Source of the DNA: Frankiales bacterium
Lineage (GTDB): Bacteria; Actinomycetota; Actinomycetes; Mycobacteriales; SCTD01
Length of the DNA: 42,559 nt
Direction of reading: 5' to 3'
Assembly: GCA_031416735.1 (NCBI GenBank)
Contig: JANOTZ010000108.1
Location: forward strand, 1-42,559
Position 1 is the stretch's first letter. Every line of letters starts with the position of its first letter. Positions 1-9,690 of this stretch are shown piece by piece. The notes beneath the pieces were generated by a model. That model was given only the letters and a program-made list of their open reading frames with translations. It was not told the DNA's origin and searched no databases. The position numbers and the translations under genes are program-made.

Positions 1-1
1 G

Positions 2-802
2 TTGCTGACAGCCCTCATCGCGGCCTCGCTGGGACTGGGTGTCCTCATCGGGCTCGCGCTCGGCGCGCTCGGCGGTGGCGGCTCGATCCTCACTGTCCCG
101 GCGCTCGTGTTCCTGCTCGGCCTGACGGCCCAGGAGGCCACTACCGGCAGCCTGGTGATCGTGGGGGTGACCGCTGCGCTCGCCTGTGTCGAGCATGCTC
201 GCGACAGACATACCTTGTGGGCCAAGGGATTCACTCTCGCGGCCATCGGTGTGCCCACGTCGATCCTGGGCTCCCAACTCAACCGCCGGGTCGACCCGGA
301 CGTGCTGCTGCTCGCCTTCGCGGCCCTCATGGTCCTCGCGGCCGTCGGCATGCTGCTGCGCAGCCGAGCCCCCCACGAAGCCGCCGAAGCCGCCGAAGCC
401 CCCGCGACCGCTACCGCCATCGGGGCGCACCTGGGCTGGCTCAGTCTGGCCGCCGCCGGACTGGGGATCGGCTTCCTGACAGGCTTTCTCGGGGTCGGCG
501 GTGGCTTCATCGTGGTGCCTGCCCTGGTCGTGCTGCTCGGGATCTCGATGCCTGTCGCGGTCGGCACGTCACTTCTCGTCATCGCCCTGAACTCCGCGGT
601 CGCCCTGGGCGCGCGGGCGAGTCACGGCACCTTCGTGTGGGAGGTGATCGTGCCCTTCACGGTGGCGGCGGTCGTCGGCTCCCTTGCCGGCAAGCGGGTC
701 GCGGACCGCGTCGAAGCCAACACCCTGACCCGGACTTTCGCCGCCGTGCTCCTGCTGGTTGCCGGCTATGTGGCGGTAAACGCCCTGCTGGGCACCGTCT
801 GA
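2..802 (+). CDS. Sulfite exporter TauE/SafE family membrane protein (start may lie at or before the window edge)
   Basis: Two repeats of the G-x-LG-x-GGG...VP motif (GALGGGGSILTVP; GFLGVGGGFIVVP), a GTSL motif and about 8 hydrophobic helices. Confidence 0.88.
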   Translation: MLTALIAASLGLGVLIGLALGALGGGGSILTVPALVFLLGLTAQEATTGSLVIVGVTAALACVEHARDRHTLWAKGFTLAAIGVPTSILGSQLNRRVDPDVLLLAFAALMVLAAVGMLLRSRAPHEAAEAAEAPATATAIGAHLGWLSLAAAGLGIGFLTGFLGVGGGFIVVPALVVLLGISMPVAVGTSLLVIALNSAVALGARASHGTFVWEVIVPFTVAAVVGSLAGKRVADRVEANTLTRTFAAVLLLVAGYVAVNALLGTV

Positions 803-963
803 GCGGTGTGGCAGTTGCTGTGGCGGGTATCACTTCTCCGGGAGTTCCCGGCGGATCTGCCCCCTTGCTCCCGGTGCTTTCGCGACCTTGCCGACAAGCG
901 CTCCGCTGCGTGCTCAAGCAATTTCCAGAAGTGTCGATCACACTGAAGAAACCTCCCGGAAGG

Positions 964-1851
964 ATGCCCGTGCCCCTCCGCCTCCGCGGTCTGCTGCACA
1001 GTCGTTGGCTCAGGATCGTCGCTGTGGTCGTCGCCTTCACTGTGCCCGCCCTTACCCTCCCGTCGCTGCCTCGCGTGACGATCTGGCCGATGCTGCTCGG
1101 GCTGCTCCCCTGGGTCGTCGGCAAATACGTCCTGTGCCCCCTGCGGTGGCACGCGCTGTCCGAGAGCGGTCAGGGCCGGTGGTGGCACCTCCGGGCGTAT
1201 GCCGAGTCCGAGCTGCTGGGCCTGCTGACCCCGGGCCATGTGGGCGCCGACATCTGGCGGACCAAGCGACTGACCAAGACCGGGATGCACGCCCCCTCCG
1301 CGGTGGCCGAGGTCGCCCTCGACCGGCTGGTCGGCGCCATCGGCCTGGCCGTCTTCGTGGGTGTCGCCGGCGCTGCCCTCCCGACCCGCATCCTGCTCGG
1401 CGCGCTGGCCCTGGCGGTTGTCGCTCTCTCGGCGGCCCTGCTGATCGGCAAGTACCGCCCGGACCTGGTGCCTCGCCGAGAGCTGCCGAAGCCGTCGCGG
1501 GTTGCCCATGGCATCGCGCTCTCACTGGCCTACCAGTTGACGATCGGTGCGCTGCTCTTCGGGACCGTCGCGGCCACCGGCCACACGCTGTCGCCGCTCG
1601 CGCTGCTCGGTGCGTTCGGGGCGAGCCAGGTCGCCGGCGCCCTGCCCGGCCCCAACGGTGCGAGCCCGCGCGATGGCGCGCTGGTATTCGCCCTGATGGG
1701 GCTCGGTCTGCCGTGGCAGGCCGCCCTCGGCTCGGTCACCCTGATGGCCAGCGTCGCCTGGCTCCCGGCGCTGCTGCTGGGCGGCGTGAGCCTGCTCGCC
1801 GCCCGCCGAGCCGGGTTCCACAGCCACCGCCCGGTCCAGGTGGCGGTGTAG
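964..1851 (+). CDS. Lysylphosphatidylglycerol-synthase TM / flippase-like domain membrane protein
   Basis: C-terminal part of ORF 217..1851 with ATG at 964. Motifs RW..L, TPGHVGAD, LDRLVG and PGPNGASPRDG; multi-TM. Confidence 0.7.
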   Translation: MPVPLRLRGLLHSRWLRIVAVVVAFTVPALTLPSLPRVTIWPMLLGLLPWVVGKYVLCPLRWHALSESGQGRWWHLRAYAESELLGLLTPGHVGADIWRTKRLTKTGMHAPSAVAEVALDRLVGAIGLAVFVGVAGAALPTRILLGALALAVVALSAALLIGKYRPDLVPRRELPKPSRVAHGIALSLAYQLTIGALLFGTVAATGHTLSPLALLGAFGASQVAGALPGPNGASPRDGALVFALMGLGLPWQAALGSVTLMASVAWLPALLLGGVSLLAARRAGFHSHRPVQVAV

Positions 1852-1925
1852 TTCCATTTAGTGGTCCCCATCGGGCCCAAAAAGCGGCACCCTGGTGAGG
1901 GAATGCGCGGAGACAGGGGGCCGAG

Positions 1926-2714
1926 ATGCGAAGGTCGGCGGTCACGAGGGCGCTGTGGGTGCTGCGTCAGCTCGCCATTGTCCTGCTCGGGATCGTCGTC
2001 TACTTCGGCGTCCGCGGGCTGACCGAGAGCGGCCCGGCCGCCGCGCTCGACCATGCTGCAGACGTGCTGGCCTTCGAGCAGGCTATTTCGCTCGATCAGG
2101 AGCAACGCCTGCAGGACCTGTTCATCGACCAGGACTGGCTCATCACGCTCGCCAACTGGATCTACATCTGGGGCCACTGGCCGGTCATCACGGTGGTCAT
2201 GGTGTGGCTCGCGTTCCGCCATCGTGTGGTGTTCCTGCGGCTGCGCAACGCCATGATCGCGTCCGGCGGCATCGGGCTCATCATCTTCGCCACCTACCCG
2301 GTCGCCCCCCCGCGGCTGACCGGGACCGGGCTGGTCGACACCGTCACGCAGCGGTCGGAGGCCTACCGGGTGCTGCAGCCCCCGGCCTTCGTCAACCAGT
2401 ACGCCGCGATGCCGAGCCTGCATGTGGGTTGGGACCTGCTCGTCGGCCTGGCCGTTGCGTCGGCCGCGAGCACGACGGTGTTGCGCTGGATCGGTCGCCT
2501 CATGCCGGTGCTGATGACGGTCGCCGTCGTGCTGACCGCAAACCACTACCTCATCGATGCTGTGGCCGGTGCGGCACTCGCCCTCGTCGGACTGGCCGTC
2601 GCCTACCGGTTGGAGCACCGCCACGTCAACGCGCGGGCAGCAGTCAAGATGCCTCATCCGCGGCTGTCGCCCGATCTCGCCCCGGTCCGCCGTACCGGCA
2701 CCTTGGTGGACTGA
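1926..2714 (+). CDS. PAP2-family (PAP2_3, AUR1/IPC-synthase-like) membrane phosphotransferase
   Basis: Motifs YPVAPPR, NQYAAMPSLHVGW and TANHYLIDAVAG. Confidence 0.88.
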   Translation: MRRSAVTRALWVLRQLAIVLLGIVVYFGVRGLTESGPAAALDHAADVLAFEQAISLDQEQRLQDLFIDQDWLITLANWIYIWGHWPVITVVMVWLAFRHRVVFLRLRNAMIASGGIGLIIFATYPVAPPRLTGTGLVDTVTQRSEAYRVLQPPAFVNQYAAMPSLHVGWDLLVGLAVASAASTTVLRWIGRLMPVLMTVAVVLTANHYLIDAVAGAALALVGLAVAYRLEHRHVNARAAVKMPHPRLSPDLAPVRRTGTLVD

Positions 2715-2715
2715 C

Positions 2716-3363
2716 GTGCTCGCAATCGCCCATCGGGCCGGCAACGACCTGGCCGATCTTCGGGAAGCCGCGCTGCTCGGCGCCGACGTGGTCGAGGCGG
2801 ACATCCACCTGCACCGGGGGCGGTTCGAGGTGCGGCACCAGAAGTCCCTCGGCCCGCTCCCCTGGCTGTGGGACAAGTGGCAGCTCTACCCGGCCGACTT
2901 CCCCCGGTTGCTGATGCGCGAGTTCCTCGACGCGATCCCTCCCGAGACCACCGTGATGCTCGACCTCAAGGGGGTCGGCAGGGTCGGCGTGGAGGTCGCC
3001 CGTCACCTGCGCGCCACGCCGCCTGGGCACCCCGTGCTGGTGTGCGCGCGGTGGTGGCCGTCGGTGGAGCCCTTCCACGACCTCCCCGGTGTCAAGGTCC
3101 TGCTGTCGGCCCGCGGCCGCACCGAGCTGTTGCGGCTGCGACGGCGGCTACGGAAGGGGACAGCCCCGGACGGGGTCTCGGTCCACCTCTCGATGCTCAC
3201 CCCGCGCATCGTCTCGGAGATCAAGGAAAGGGTTTCCCTGGTCCTCACCTGGCCCGTCGATGACGCTTCCAGCCTCGAGCAGGCCCACCGGGTCGGGGTC
3301 GACGGCGTCATCACCAAGGACTTCGCCATCGTCAGCCAGGTGGTCGCTGCCCGCCCGTCCTGA
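2716..3363 (+). CDS. Glycerophosphodiester phosphodiesterase family protein
   Basis: GTG 1 nt after the PAP2 stop. Motifs AIAHRAG, VEADIH, MLDLK, TWPVD and GVDGVIT. Confidence 0.85.
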   Translation: MLAIAHRAGNDLADLREAALLGADVVEADIHLHRGRFEVRHQKSLGPLPWLWDKWQLYPADFPRLLMREFLDAIPPETTVMLDLKGVGRVGVEVARHLRATPPGHPVLVCARWWPSVEPFHDLPGVKVLLSARGRTELLRLRRRLRKGTAPDGVSVHLSMLTPRIVSEIKERVSLVLTWPVDDASSLEQAHRVGVDGVITKDFAIVSQVVAARPS

Positions 3364-5055
3364 CCGGTGGCCCTGCTCGGACGGTCGACCGAACAGGAAG
3401 CCCTGACCCAGCGGGCAGTGGAAGTCGCTGAGCAGATCGGCTTGGTGATGCGTCTCCACACCCTCAGCCACGACGCTGAGCCCCAGCGACGAGCCCATCG
3501 CGATGACGGCCCGGACGATCTGGGCGTCCGCCTCGGCCCAGCCGAGACCCGCGACAAAGGAACGGTCGATCTTGATGGCGTCGAAAGGCAGCCGACGCAG
3601 CTGGAACAGCGTCGAGTACCCGGTGCCGTAGTCGTCCATCGCCAACGTGACGCCGAGCTCTTTGAGGCCGTGCAGCCGTCGGCTGACCGCGTCGTCGTCG
3701 ACCAGCACCTGGCTCTCGGTGAGCTCGAGGCAGACGTGTTCCGGTGCGACCCCCGAGGCGCTGATGATGTCGGAAACACGTTGCACGAGGCCCGGCCTGG
3801 TCAGCTGTACGGCGCTCAGGTTGACGCTCACCGTCGGCAGGGGTCCTGGACCCGCCGTACGGTGCTGCTCCGCAAGCCAGCGGGTTGCCTCGGCGAGCAC
3901 GAACTCGCCGACCGTCACGATCAGCGCGTGCTCCTCCAGGAGCTCGATGAACTCGACGGGGGAGACCAGGACGCCGCCAGGAGAACGCCAGCGCAACAGC
4001 GCCTCCCAGCCGTGGGTGCGGCCGGACCGGAGGTCCACGATCGGCTGGTACAGGACGGTGAACTCGTTCTGCTCGGTCGCCTGGTGCATCTGGTTGAGCA
4101 GCGCGAACCGCCGCTCGGCCTCCAGCCGCATGCTCTCGTCGAAGAAGGCCAGCCGGTCCTTGCCTGCTCCCTTGGCGCGATACATCGCGGCGTCCGCGTC
4201 ACGCAGCAAGCCGGCGGCGCTCGCCCCAGCGCTGTCGGTGTAGGCCACCCCGATGCTGGCGCTGACGTGGACGTCGGTGGCGTTCACCACGATGGGCTCG
4301 GCGAGGACCGTCCGGATCCGCTCAGCGAGCAGGGAGACGTCCTCCGCACCGTGCTCGGTCTCGGTGACGATGAGGAACTCGTCGCCCCCGTGCCGGGCCG
4401 CGGTGTCGTACGGCCGCAGGACCACGTCGAGCCGGCGGGCGACTTCCACGAGTACGGCGTCGCCGGCGTCATGGCCGAGGCTGTCGTTGACCCACTTGAA
4501 GCCGTCGAGGTCCAGGAACAGAACCGCGACCAGCCCTGGCCTGCGGCCCAGCCGCGTGAGCGCCACCTCGAGCCGGTCGATGAACAGCACCCGGTTCGGC
4601 AGTCCGGTGAGCGGACAGTGCAGCGACTGGAACCGCAGCTGCAACTCGGCGCGCTTGCGTTCCACGGCATACCGGATGGCCCGCCACAGCTGCCGGCCGT
4701 CGGCCTCGCCCTTGTTGAGGTAGTCCTGGGCGCCGGCCTGGACCGCCTCGGCGCCGAGGAGAGCCTCGTCGAAGCCGCTGAGGACGATGACGGGCACGTC
4801 CGGGTGCGTGCTCTGCAGGGCAGTGAGAGCTTCCAGTCGGCTCGCGTCGGGCAGGCTCAGGTCGAGCAGGATGCAGTCGATCTCACCGGCGGTGAGCCGC
4901 TCCTGGGCCGTCCGCAGCCGGTCGACGTGCTCGAGCGTGTAGCCCTCAGGGGCAGCGGAGGACAGATGGGCGCGGATCAGCAGGGCATCGAGGGAGCTGT
5001 CCTCCACGAGCAGCAGTCGCCGTGTTGGGGGGTCGAGGGCTGGGTGGGACAGCAT
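3148..5055 (-). CDS. Response-regulator diguanylate cyclase/phosphodiesterase (REC-GGDEF-EAL)
   Basis: REC (LLVED, LLDLSLPD, K), RPYD I-site plus GGDEF, WEALLRW and DDYGTGYS. AGGAG precedes the ATG at 5055. Confidence 0.92.
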   Translation of the reverse strand: MLSHPALDPPTRRLLLVEDSSLDALLIRAHLSSAAPEGYTLEHVDRLRTAQERLTAGEIDCILLDLSLPDASRLEALTALQSTHPDVPVIVLSGFDEALLGAEAVQAGAQDYLNKGEADGRQLWRAIRYAVERKRAELQLRFQSLHCPLTGLPNRVLFIDRLEVALTRLGRRPGLVAVLFLDLDGFKWVNDSLGHDAGDAVLVEVARRLDVVLRPYDTAARHGGDEFLIVTETEHGAEDVSLLAERIRTVLAEPIVVNATDVHVSASIGVAYTDSAGASAAGLLRDADAAMYRAKGAGKDRLAFFDESMRLEAERRFALLNQMHQATEQNEFTVLYQPIVDLRSGRTHGWEALLRWRSPGGVLVSPVEFIELLEEHALIVTVGEFVLAEATRWLAEQHRTAGPGPLPTVSVNLSAVQLTRPGLVQRVSDIISASGVAPEHVCLELTESQVLVDDDAVSRRLHGLKELGVTLAMDDYGTGYSTLFQLRRLPFDAIKIDRSFVAGLGWAEADAQIVRAVIAMGSSLGLSVVAEGVETHHQADLLSDFHCPLGQGFLFGRPSEQGHRSGRAGSDHLADDGEVLGDDAVDPDPVGLLEAGSVIDGPGEDQGNPFLDLRDDARGEHREVDRDPVRGCPLP

Positions 5056-5219
5056 GTGCTGGTTGCTCCTGGGGCGCCGTGATCCAACTGCTTCCCCCTG
5101 AGGTATGCCAGGGAAGTCACGGTACGTCCATAGGCAGTTGCTACCAGGCCAGATGGCTCGGGAGCAGACCTCGGGCTGGGCAATGTGGTGGAGTTCCTGC
5201 ACCAGGAGGGGAGGTCCGC

Positions 5220-7883
5220 GTGGAGGAGATGGCGATCAGCGAACAGCTGATCGAGTTGCTGCCGGACGCGCTGTTCGTGGTCGACCAGAACGGCATGGTC
5301 GTGTTCGCCAACGCCCGGGCGGAGCGGATCTTCGGCTACACCCGTGCGGAGATCGTCGGGCAGTCCGTCGACACCCTTGTCCCGCAGGAGGCCCGCGAGG
5401 TCCACGCCCAGCACCGCGCCCGCTTCGTCGAGGAGGACCAGGTGCGGCCGATGGGGGCCGACCTCGGGTTGTCGGGCAGGCGCAAGGACGGGACGCTGTT
5501 CCCGGCCGAAATCTCCCTGTCGACGGTGGCGATCCCGGGCGGCCACCTGATCACCGCCGTGGTCAGGGACGTCACGGAGCGCAAGCGCACCGAGGCGAAG
5601 TTCGAGGGTCTGCTCGAGGCGGCGCCGGATGCGCTCGTGGGGGTGGACTCCGAGGGGCTGATCCGACTGGTGAACACCCAGGCGGTGCGGCTGTTCGGCT
5701 ATCCCCGCGAGGAACTGCTCGGCAAGCCCGTGGAAACGCTCGTCCCGGACCGGGTGCGCGATGTCCACCCGGGGCACCGGCTCGGCTACTTCCAGGACCC
5801 GCAGGCCCGGCCGATGGGGGTCGGGCTCGACCTGACGGGCCGGCGCAAGGACGGGACGGAGTTCCCTGCCGAGATCTCACTCTCGGCCATCGACACCGAG
5901 GACGGCATGCTCGTCACGGCCGCGGTCCGTGACGTCACCGAGCGGAAGGCCTTCGAGGGCGTGCTGGCCGGGGCGCTGGAGGCGGCTGAGAGGGCCGCCC
6001 GGGCGCAGCAGGAGTTCCTGGCCAACATGAGCCATGAGATCCGCACCCCGATGAATGCCGTCATCGGCATGACCAGTCTGTTGCTCGACACCGCCCTGGA
6101 CGTGCATCAGCGGGACTACGTCGAGACGGTCCGGTCCAGTGGTGAGCACCTGCTCACGATCATCAACGACATCCTGGACTACTCGAAGCTCGAGGCCGGC
6201 AAGCTCCACCTCGAGGCGCTGCCGTTCCTGGTGCGCGACTGGCTCCAGGAGTCGCTGGACCTCGTCACCCAGCAGGCCCACAGCAAGGGTCTGGAAATCG
6301 CGTACGACGTCGCGCCGGACGTGCCGGCAGCCGTGGTCGGCGATCCGTCCCGGCTGCGTCAGGTCCTGGTCAACCTGTTGTCCAACGCGGTCAAGTTCAC
6401 CGAAGCCGGGGAGGTCGTCGTCCGGGTCTCGGTGGATCGGGTGGAGGAGGACGGGGTGCGGTTGCGGGTTGCCGTCAGCGACACCGGGGTGGGGATCGAG
6501 CCGGCGCGGATCGAGGCACTGTTCGACCCGTTCACGCAGGCGGACAGCACCACCACCCGCGTCTACGGCGGGACCGGGCTGGGGCTGGCCATCTGTCGTC
6601 AGCTCCTGGACCGGATGGGGGGCTCGATCACGATGACGTCGACCCCCGGAGCGGGAGCCACGGTCAGCTTCGTCTTCCCGGCCGGGAGCTCCGACGTCCT
6701 GGTGCAGGGTGCGCCGTCGGGCCTGGCCGGAAAACGGATGCTGATCGTGGACGACAACGCGACCAACCGCCGGATCCTCGAGTCGTGGGCGGAGCGCCAC
6801 TCCATGGCATGCGTGTCCGCCGAGAGCGCGGCGGAGGCGCTCGGCATCGTGCAGCACGACCAACGGTTCGGGTTCGCCATCGTGGACCTGATGATGCCGG
6901 GGATGGACGGCGCCGAGCTCGGCGAGGTTCTGAGGGCCCGGATTCCTGGCATGCGGCTGATCCTGCTGTCCTCTGCGGGGCCGTACACCCGGGAGGTCGC
7001 CGCGCGCGGCATCTTCGACGCGGTGCTGTCCAAGCCGGCCAAACAAGAGCAGCTCTTCGACCTGATGGCGAGGCTGGCCGCGCCGGATGCCCCACCCCAG
7101 GGCGCGGTGTCGGCCCCTGCGTCGGTGTTCGACCTTCCCGATCAGCGGCGTCCGCTGTCGATCCTGGTGGTCGAGGACAACCCGGTGAACCAGAAGGTGG
7201 CGTTGCATCTGCTGGCCCGGTTCGGCTCCCGGGCCGATGTGGCTGCCAGCGGCACGGAGGCCCTGCACGCGTTGGAGCTGCGGAGCTACGACCTGGTGTT
7301 CATGGACGTCCAGATGCCGGAGATGGACGGGTTGGAGGCGACTCGTCAGATCAGGTCCCGCTGGCCGGAGCGGCCAATCCAGATCGTCGCCATGACCGCG
7401 AACGTCGCCCCCGACGACGTACGGCAGTGCCTCTCCTCCGGGATGGATGCCTTCCTGGGCAAGCCGATCCTCGTGGAGGCCCTGGCCGAGGTGCTGCGCA
7501 GCGCGTCCGCCGCATCCAGCCCGGCGTCACCGACCGAGCGACGGCTGATCGATGCCCACATCGTCGCCCAGCTCCGCACCCAGATCGGCGACGAGGCCGT
7601 GCGGGAGCTGGTCGGGATGCTGCTCAACGACCTGGAGTTGGCGGTGCCGCAGCTCGCCGACGCCTGCCGCGACCGCGACCGGGAGGTGCTGGGCAGGACC
7701 GCGCACCGGCTCAAGAGCGCCTCCCGCTCCTTGGGTGCCCATGCGCTCGGGGAGCTGCTCCACCTGTTGGAGCAGGAGGCCGACGCCGCCGAGTGGGACC
7801 GGCTCGAGGAGCTGGTCACCACCGCCGAGCAGCAACGGGTCCGCACCCACGACCTGTTGCTCGCTGAGCTGCCTGAGGCCTGA
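5220..7883 (+). CDS. Hybrid sensor histidine kinase (PAS-PAS-HisKA-HATPase-REC-REC-Hpt)
   Basis: Two PAS/PAC repeats (GRRKDGT.FPAEISLS), SHEIRTPMN, NAVKFT, GGTGLGL, two REC domains and Hpt AHRLKS. Start is GTG 5220 or ATG 5229. Confidence 0.93.
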   Translation: MEEMAISEQLIELLPDALFVVDQNGMVVFANARAERIFGYTRAEIVGQSVDTLVPQEAREVHAQHRARFVEEDQVRPMGADLGLSGRRKDGTLFPAEISLSTVAIPGGHLITAVVRDVTERKRTEAKFEGLLEAAPDALVGVDSEGLIRLVNTQAVRLFGYPREELLGKPVETLVPDRVRDVHPGHRLGYFQDPQARPMGVGLDLTGRRKDGTEFPAEISLSAIDTEDGMLVTAAVRDVTERKAFEGVLAGALEAAERAARAQQEFLANMSHEIRTPMNAVIGMTSLLLDTALDVHQRDYVETVRSSGEHLLTIINDILDYSKLEAGKLHLEALPFLVRDWLQESLDLVTQQAHSKGLEIAYDVAPDVPAAVVGDPSRLRQVLVNLLSNAVKFTEAGEVVVRVSVDRVEEDGVRLRVAVSDTGVGIEPARIEALFDPFTQADSTTTRVYGGTGLGLAICRQLLDRMGGSITMTSTPGAGATVSFVFPAGSSDVLVQGAPSGLAGKRMLIVDDNATNRRILESWAERHSMACVSAESAAEALGIVQHDQRFGFAIVDLMMPGMDGAELGEVLRARIPGMRLILLSSAGPYTREVAARGIFDAVLSKPAKQEQLFDLMARLAAPDAPPQGAVSAPASVFDLPDQRRPLSILVVEDNPVNQKVALHLLARFGSRADVAASGTEALHALELRSYDLVFMDVQMPEMDGLEATRQIRSRWPERPIQIVAMTANVAPDDVRQCLSSGMDAFLGKPILVEALAEVLRSASAASSPASPTERRLIDAHIVAQLRTQIGDEAVRELVGMLLNDLELAVPQLADACRDRDREVLGRTAHRLKSASRSLGAHALGELLHLLEQEADAAEWDRLEELVTTAEQQRVRTHDLLLAELPEA

Positions 7884-7933
7884 CGGGACGGGTCCGCCCT
7901 TGACGGCCCCCGCCGCGTCGAGGTCAGCCTGCG

Positions 7934-8465
7934 GTGAAAGTGGGCGGCTCGCACACCTACCGCTTCGTCGTCGACCGGGCCGGCACCTACTGGTACCACT
8001 CCCATCAGGTCTCCCACACCCAGGTCCAACGCGGGTTGTTCGGCGCCATCGTCGTCGCCCCCAGCGTGCGGAACCTGCGGTCGTCGAGCAGCTCGCCGTC
8101 CTGCATGTGTACGACGGGAAGCCGACCGTAAACGGCGAGGCGGGCGACCTCCGGATGCCCGCGCCGGACGGTACGCGGGTACGGGTGCGGGTGGTCAACA
8201 CCGACAATGCGGCAACCTCGGTCTGGACGGGCCGTTCGCCGTACCGGGTGCTGGCAGTGGACGGGGTCGACCTCATCGGTCCGACCCCCGTCGCGGACCG
8301 CACGGTGCCGCAACCCGGGCAGCGGGTGGACCTGCTGAGCTATGGCACACCGGCGGCGCTCGGCTTCGATCCGGGGCCGCGGAGGGACTCGTCGCGCACC
8401 TGATGTACGCCGGGGTCGAGGAACCGTTCCGGGTCGGTGGCCCGGTGGGCAACCAGCCGGAGTGA
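7934..8465 (+). pseudogene. Multicopper oxidase remnant (three fragments in different frames)
   Basis: GTYWYHSHQ...RGLFGAIVV, then a frame switch to RVRVVNTDN...LAVDG, then a C-terminal AAEGLVAHLMYAGV...GNQPE*. The N-terminus and the C-terminal HCH copper site are missing. Confidence 0.8.
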
Positions 8466-8532
8466 CACGCGTCCGCGGTGTCCCCGTGGGGTGCGGCAGA
8501 CTCAACGGCACACCGACGAGAGGGGCAAGGCC

Positions 8533-9582
8533 GTGGCGCACCGACCTGCGGTGCTCCATGTGCTCGACGGCTCCGCTCTCGACCGGGCCCAGGTGCGCGC
8601 CGCTCTCACCGAGACCCGCACCACCCGAGCCGTCGTCACCTCCGTGCACGGCCAGGGGGGCAAAGCCCATGACCTGAAGGAGATCGGGCGTCTGGCGGCG
8701 CTTGCCGCGGCCAACGGCAGCCGGGTGTTGCACTGCCACGGCGCCGGTGTCGCCTGGCACGCCTGGAAGGCCTCGTCGCTCGTCGGCGGGCGCTACGGGA
8801 TCAGCGTGCAGGGTCACGATGTGCTCGTCCGGGCCCGTGAGGACGCCCGCCTGCGTGGAGCCATGGTGTGGGCCCAGCTCGTCGTGGTGCCGTCGCAGTT
8901 CCTCGCCGACGCGGTCCTCGCCCGCGATGTGCCGCACGCGCGCGTGCACGTCATCCCGCCGGGCGTCCCGCTCGGCCCGGAGCCGGAGCCACGCCACAAC
9001 CCCACCCCGGTGCTGGTGTTCACCGGCGCCTTCGCCGAGCAGTCGGGCGTGCTCGACGTGGCCGAAGCCGTCAAGGGCCAGCCGGTGCTGGCGCGCTTCG
9101 TGGGGAGCGGCCCGCTCGAGGCCGAGCTGCGCTCGCACGGCGTCGACGTCACAGTCACCGAGGACCCGGCGGTGCAGCGGCAGGCACTCCTCGCCGCGGA
9201 CCTGGCCATGACGGCCGGGCAGAGCACCGACGCCGGCGACGCAGAAGCCTGGGGTCGCACCGCGGTGGAGGCGCAGGCGGCTGGACTGCCGGTGATCGCG
9301 ACCCGCAACGGTGGCCTGGCGCAGTGGGTCGCGGCGTCCGGCGCGGTGCTCGTCCCGTCGCACGGCGACGTCGTCCAGTCGTTGCGCAGCGCCCTCGAGG
9401 ACCTGCTCTCCCGACCGGCCGACTGGGCGGCGATGGGAGCCGCCGGGCGCGCCCACGTCCGCGAGCACCTCGATGTCGCCCGCCGTACCGCGGAGCTCGA
9501 GGAGCTGTGGAACGAGCTCGGTCGGCGCGGACCACTCGGCAAACTACGTGGCGCGCTCACCCGGCCGCCGGACCAGATGTGA
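8533..9582 (+). CDS. Glycosyltransferase family 4 (GT-B) protein
   Basis: EAWGRTAVEAQAAGLPVIAT (E-x7-E) and MGAAGRAHV; GTG at 8533. Confidence 0.85.
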   Translation: MAHRPAVLHVLDGSALDRAQVRAALTETRTTRAVVTSVHGQGGKAHDLKEIGRLAALAAANGSRVLHCHGAGVAWHAWKASSLVGGRYGISVQGHDVLVRAREDARLRGAMVWAQLVVVPSQFLADAVLARDVPHARVHVIPPGVPLGPEPEPRHNPTPVLVFTGAFAEQSGVLDVAEAVKGQPVLARFVGSGPLEAELRSHGVDVTVTEDPAVQRQALLAADLAMTAGQSTDAGDAEAWGRTAVEAQAAGLPVIATRNGGLAQWVAASGAVLVPSHGDVVQSLRSALEDLLSRPADWAAMGAAGRAHVREHLDVARRTAELEELWNELGRRGPLGKLRGALTRPPDQM

Positions 9583-9690
9583 CGCTCCCGGCTCGGTGAC
9601 CCCGGTCGTCGACGGTCCGCTGCTAATCTCCCTGCGCCGTTGCCAACGAGACCTTGAGGGAGCCCCGCCCTTGGGGGTAGGGGAGTTCCC

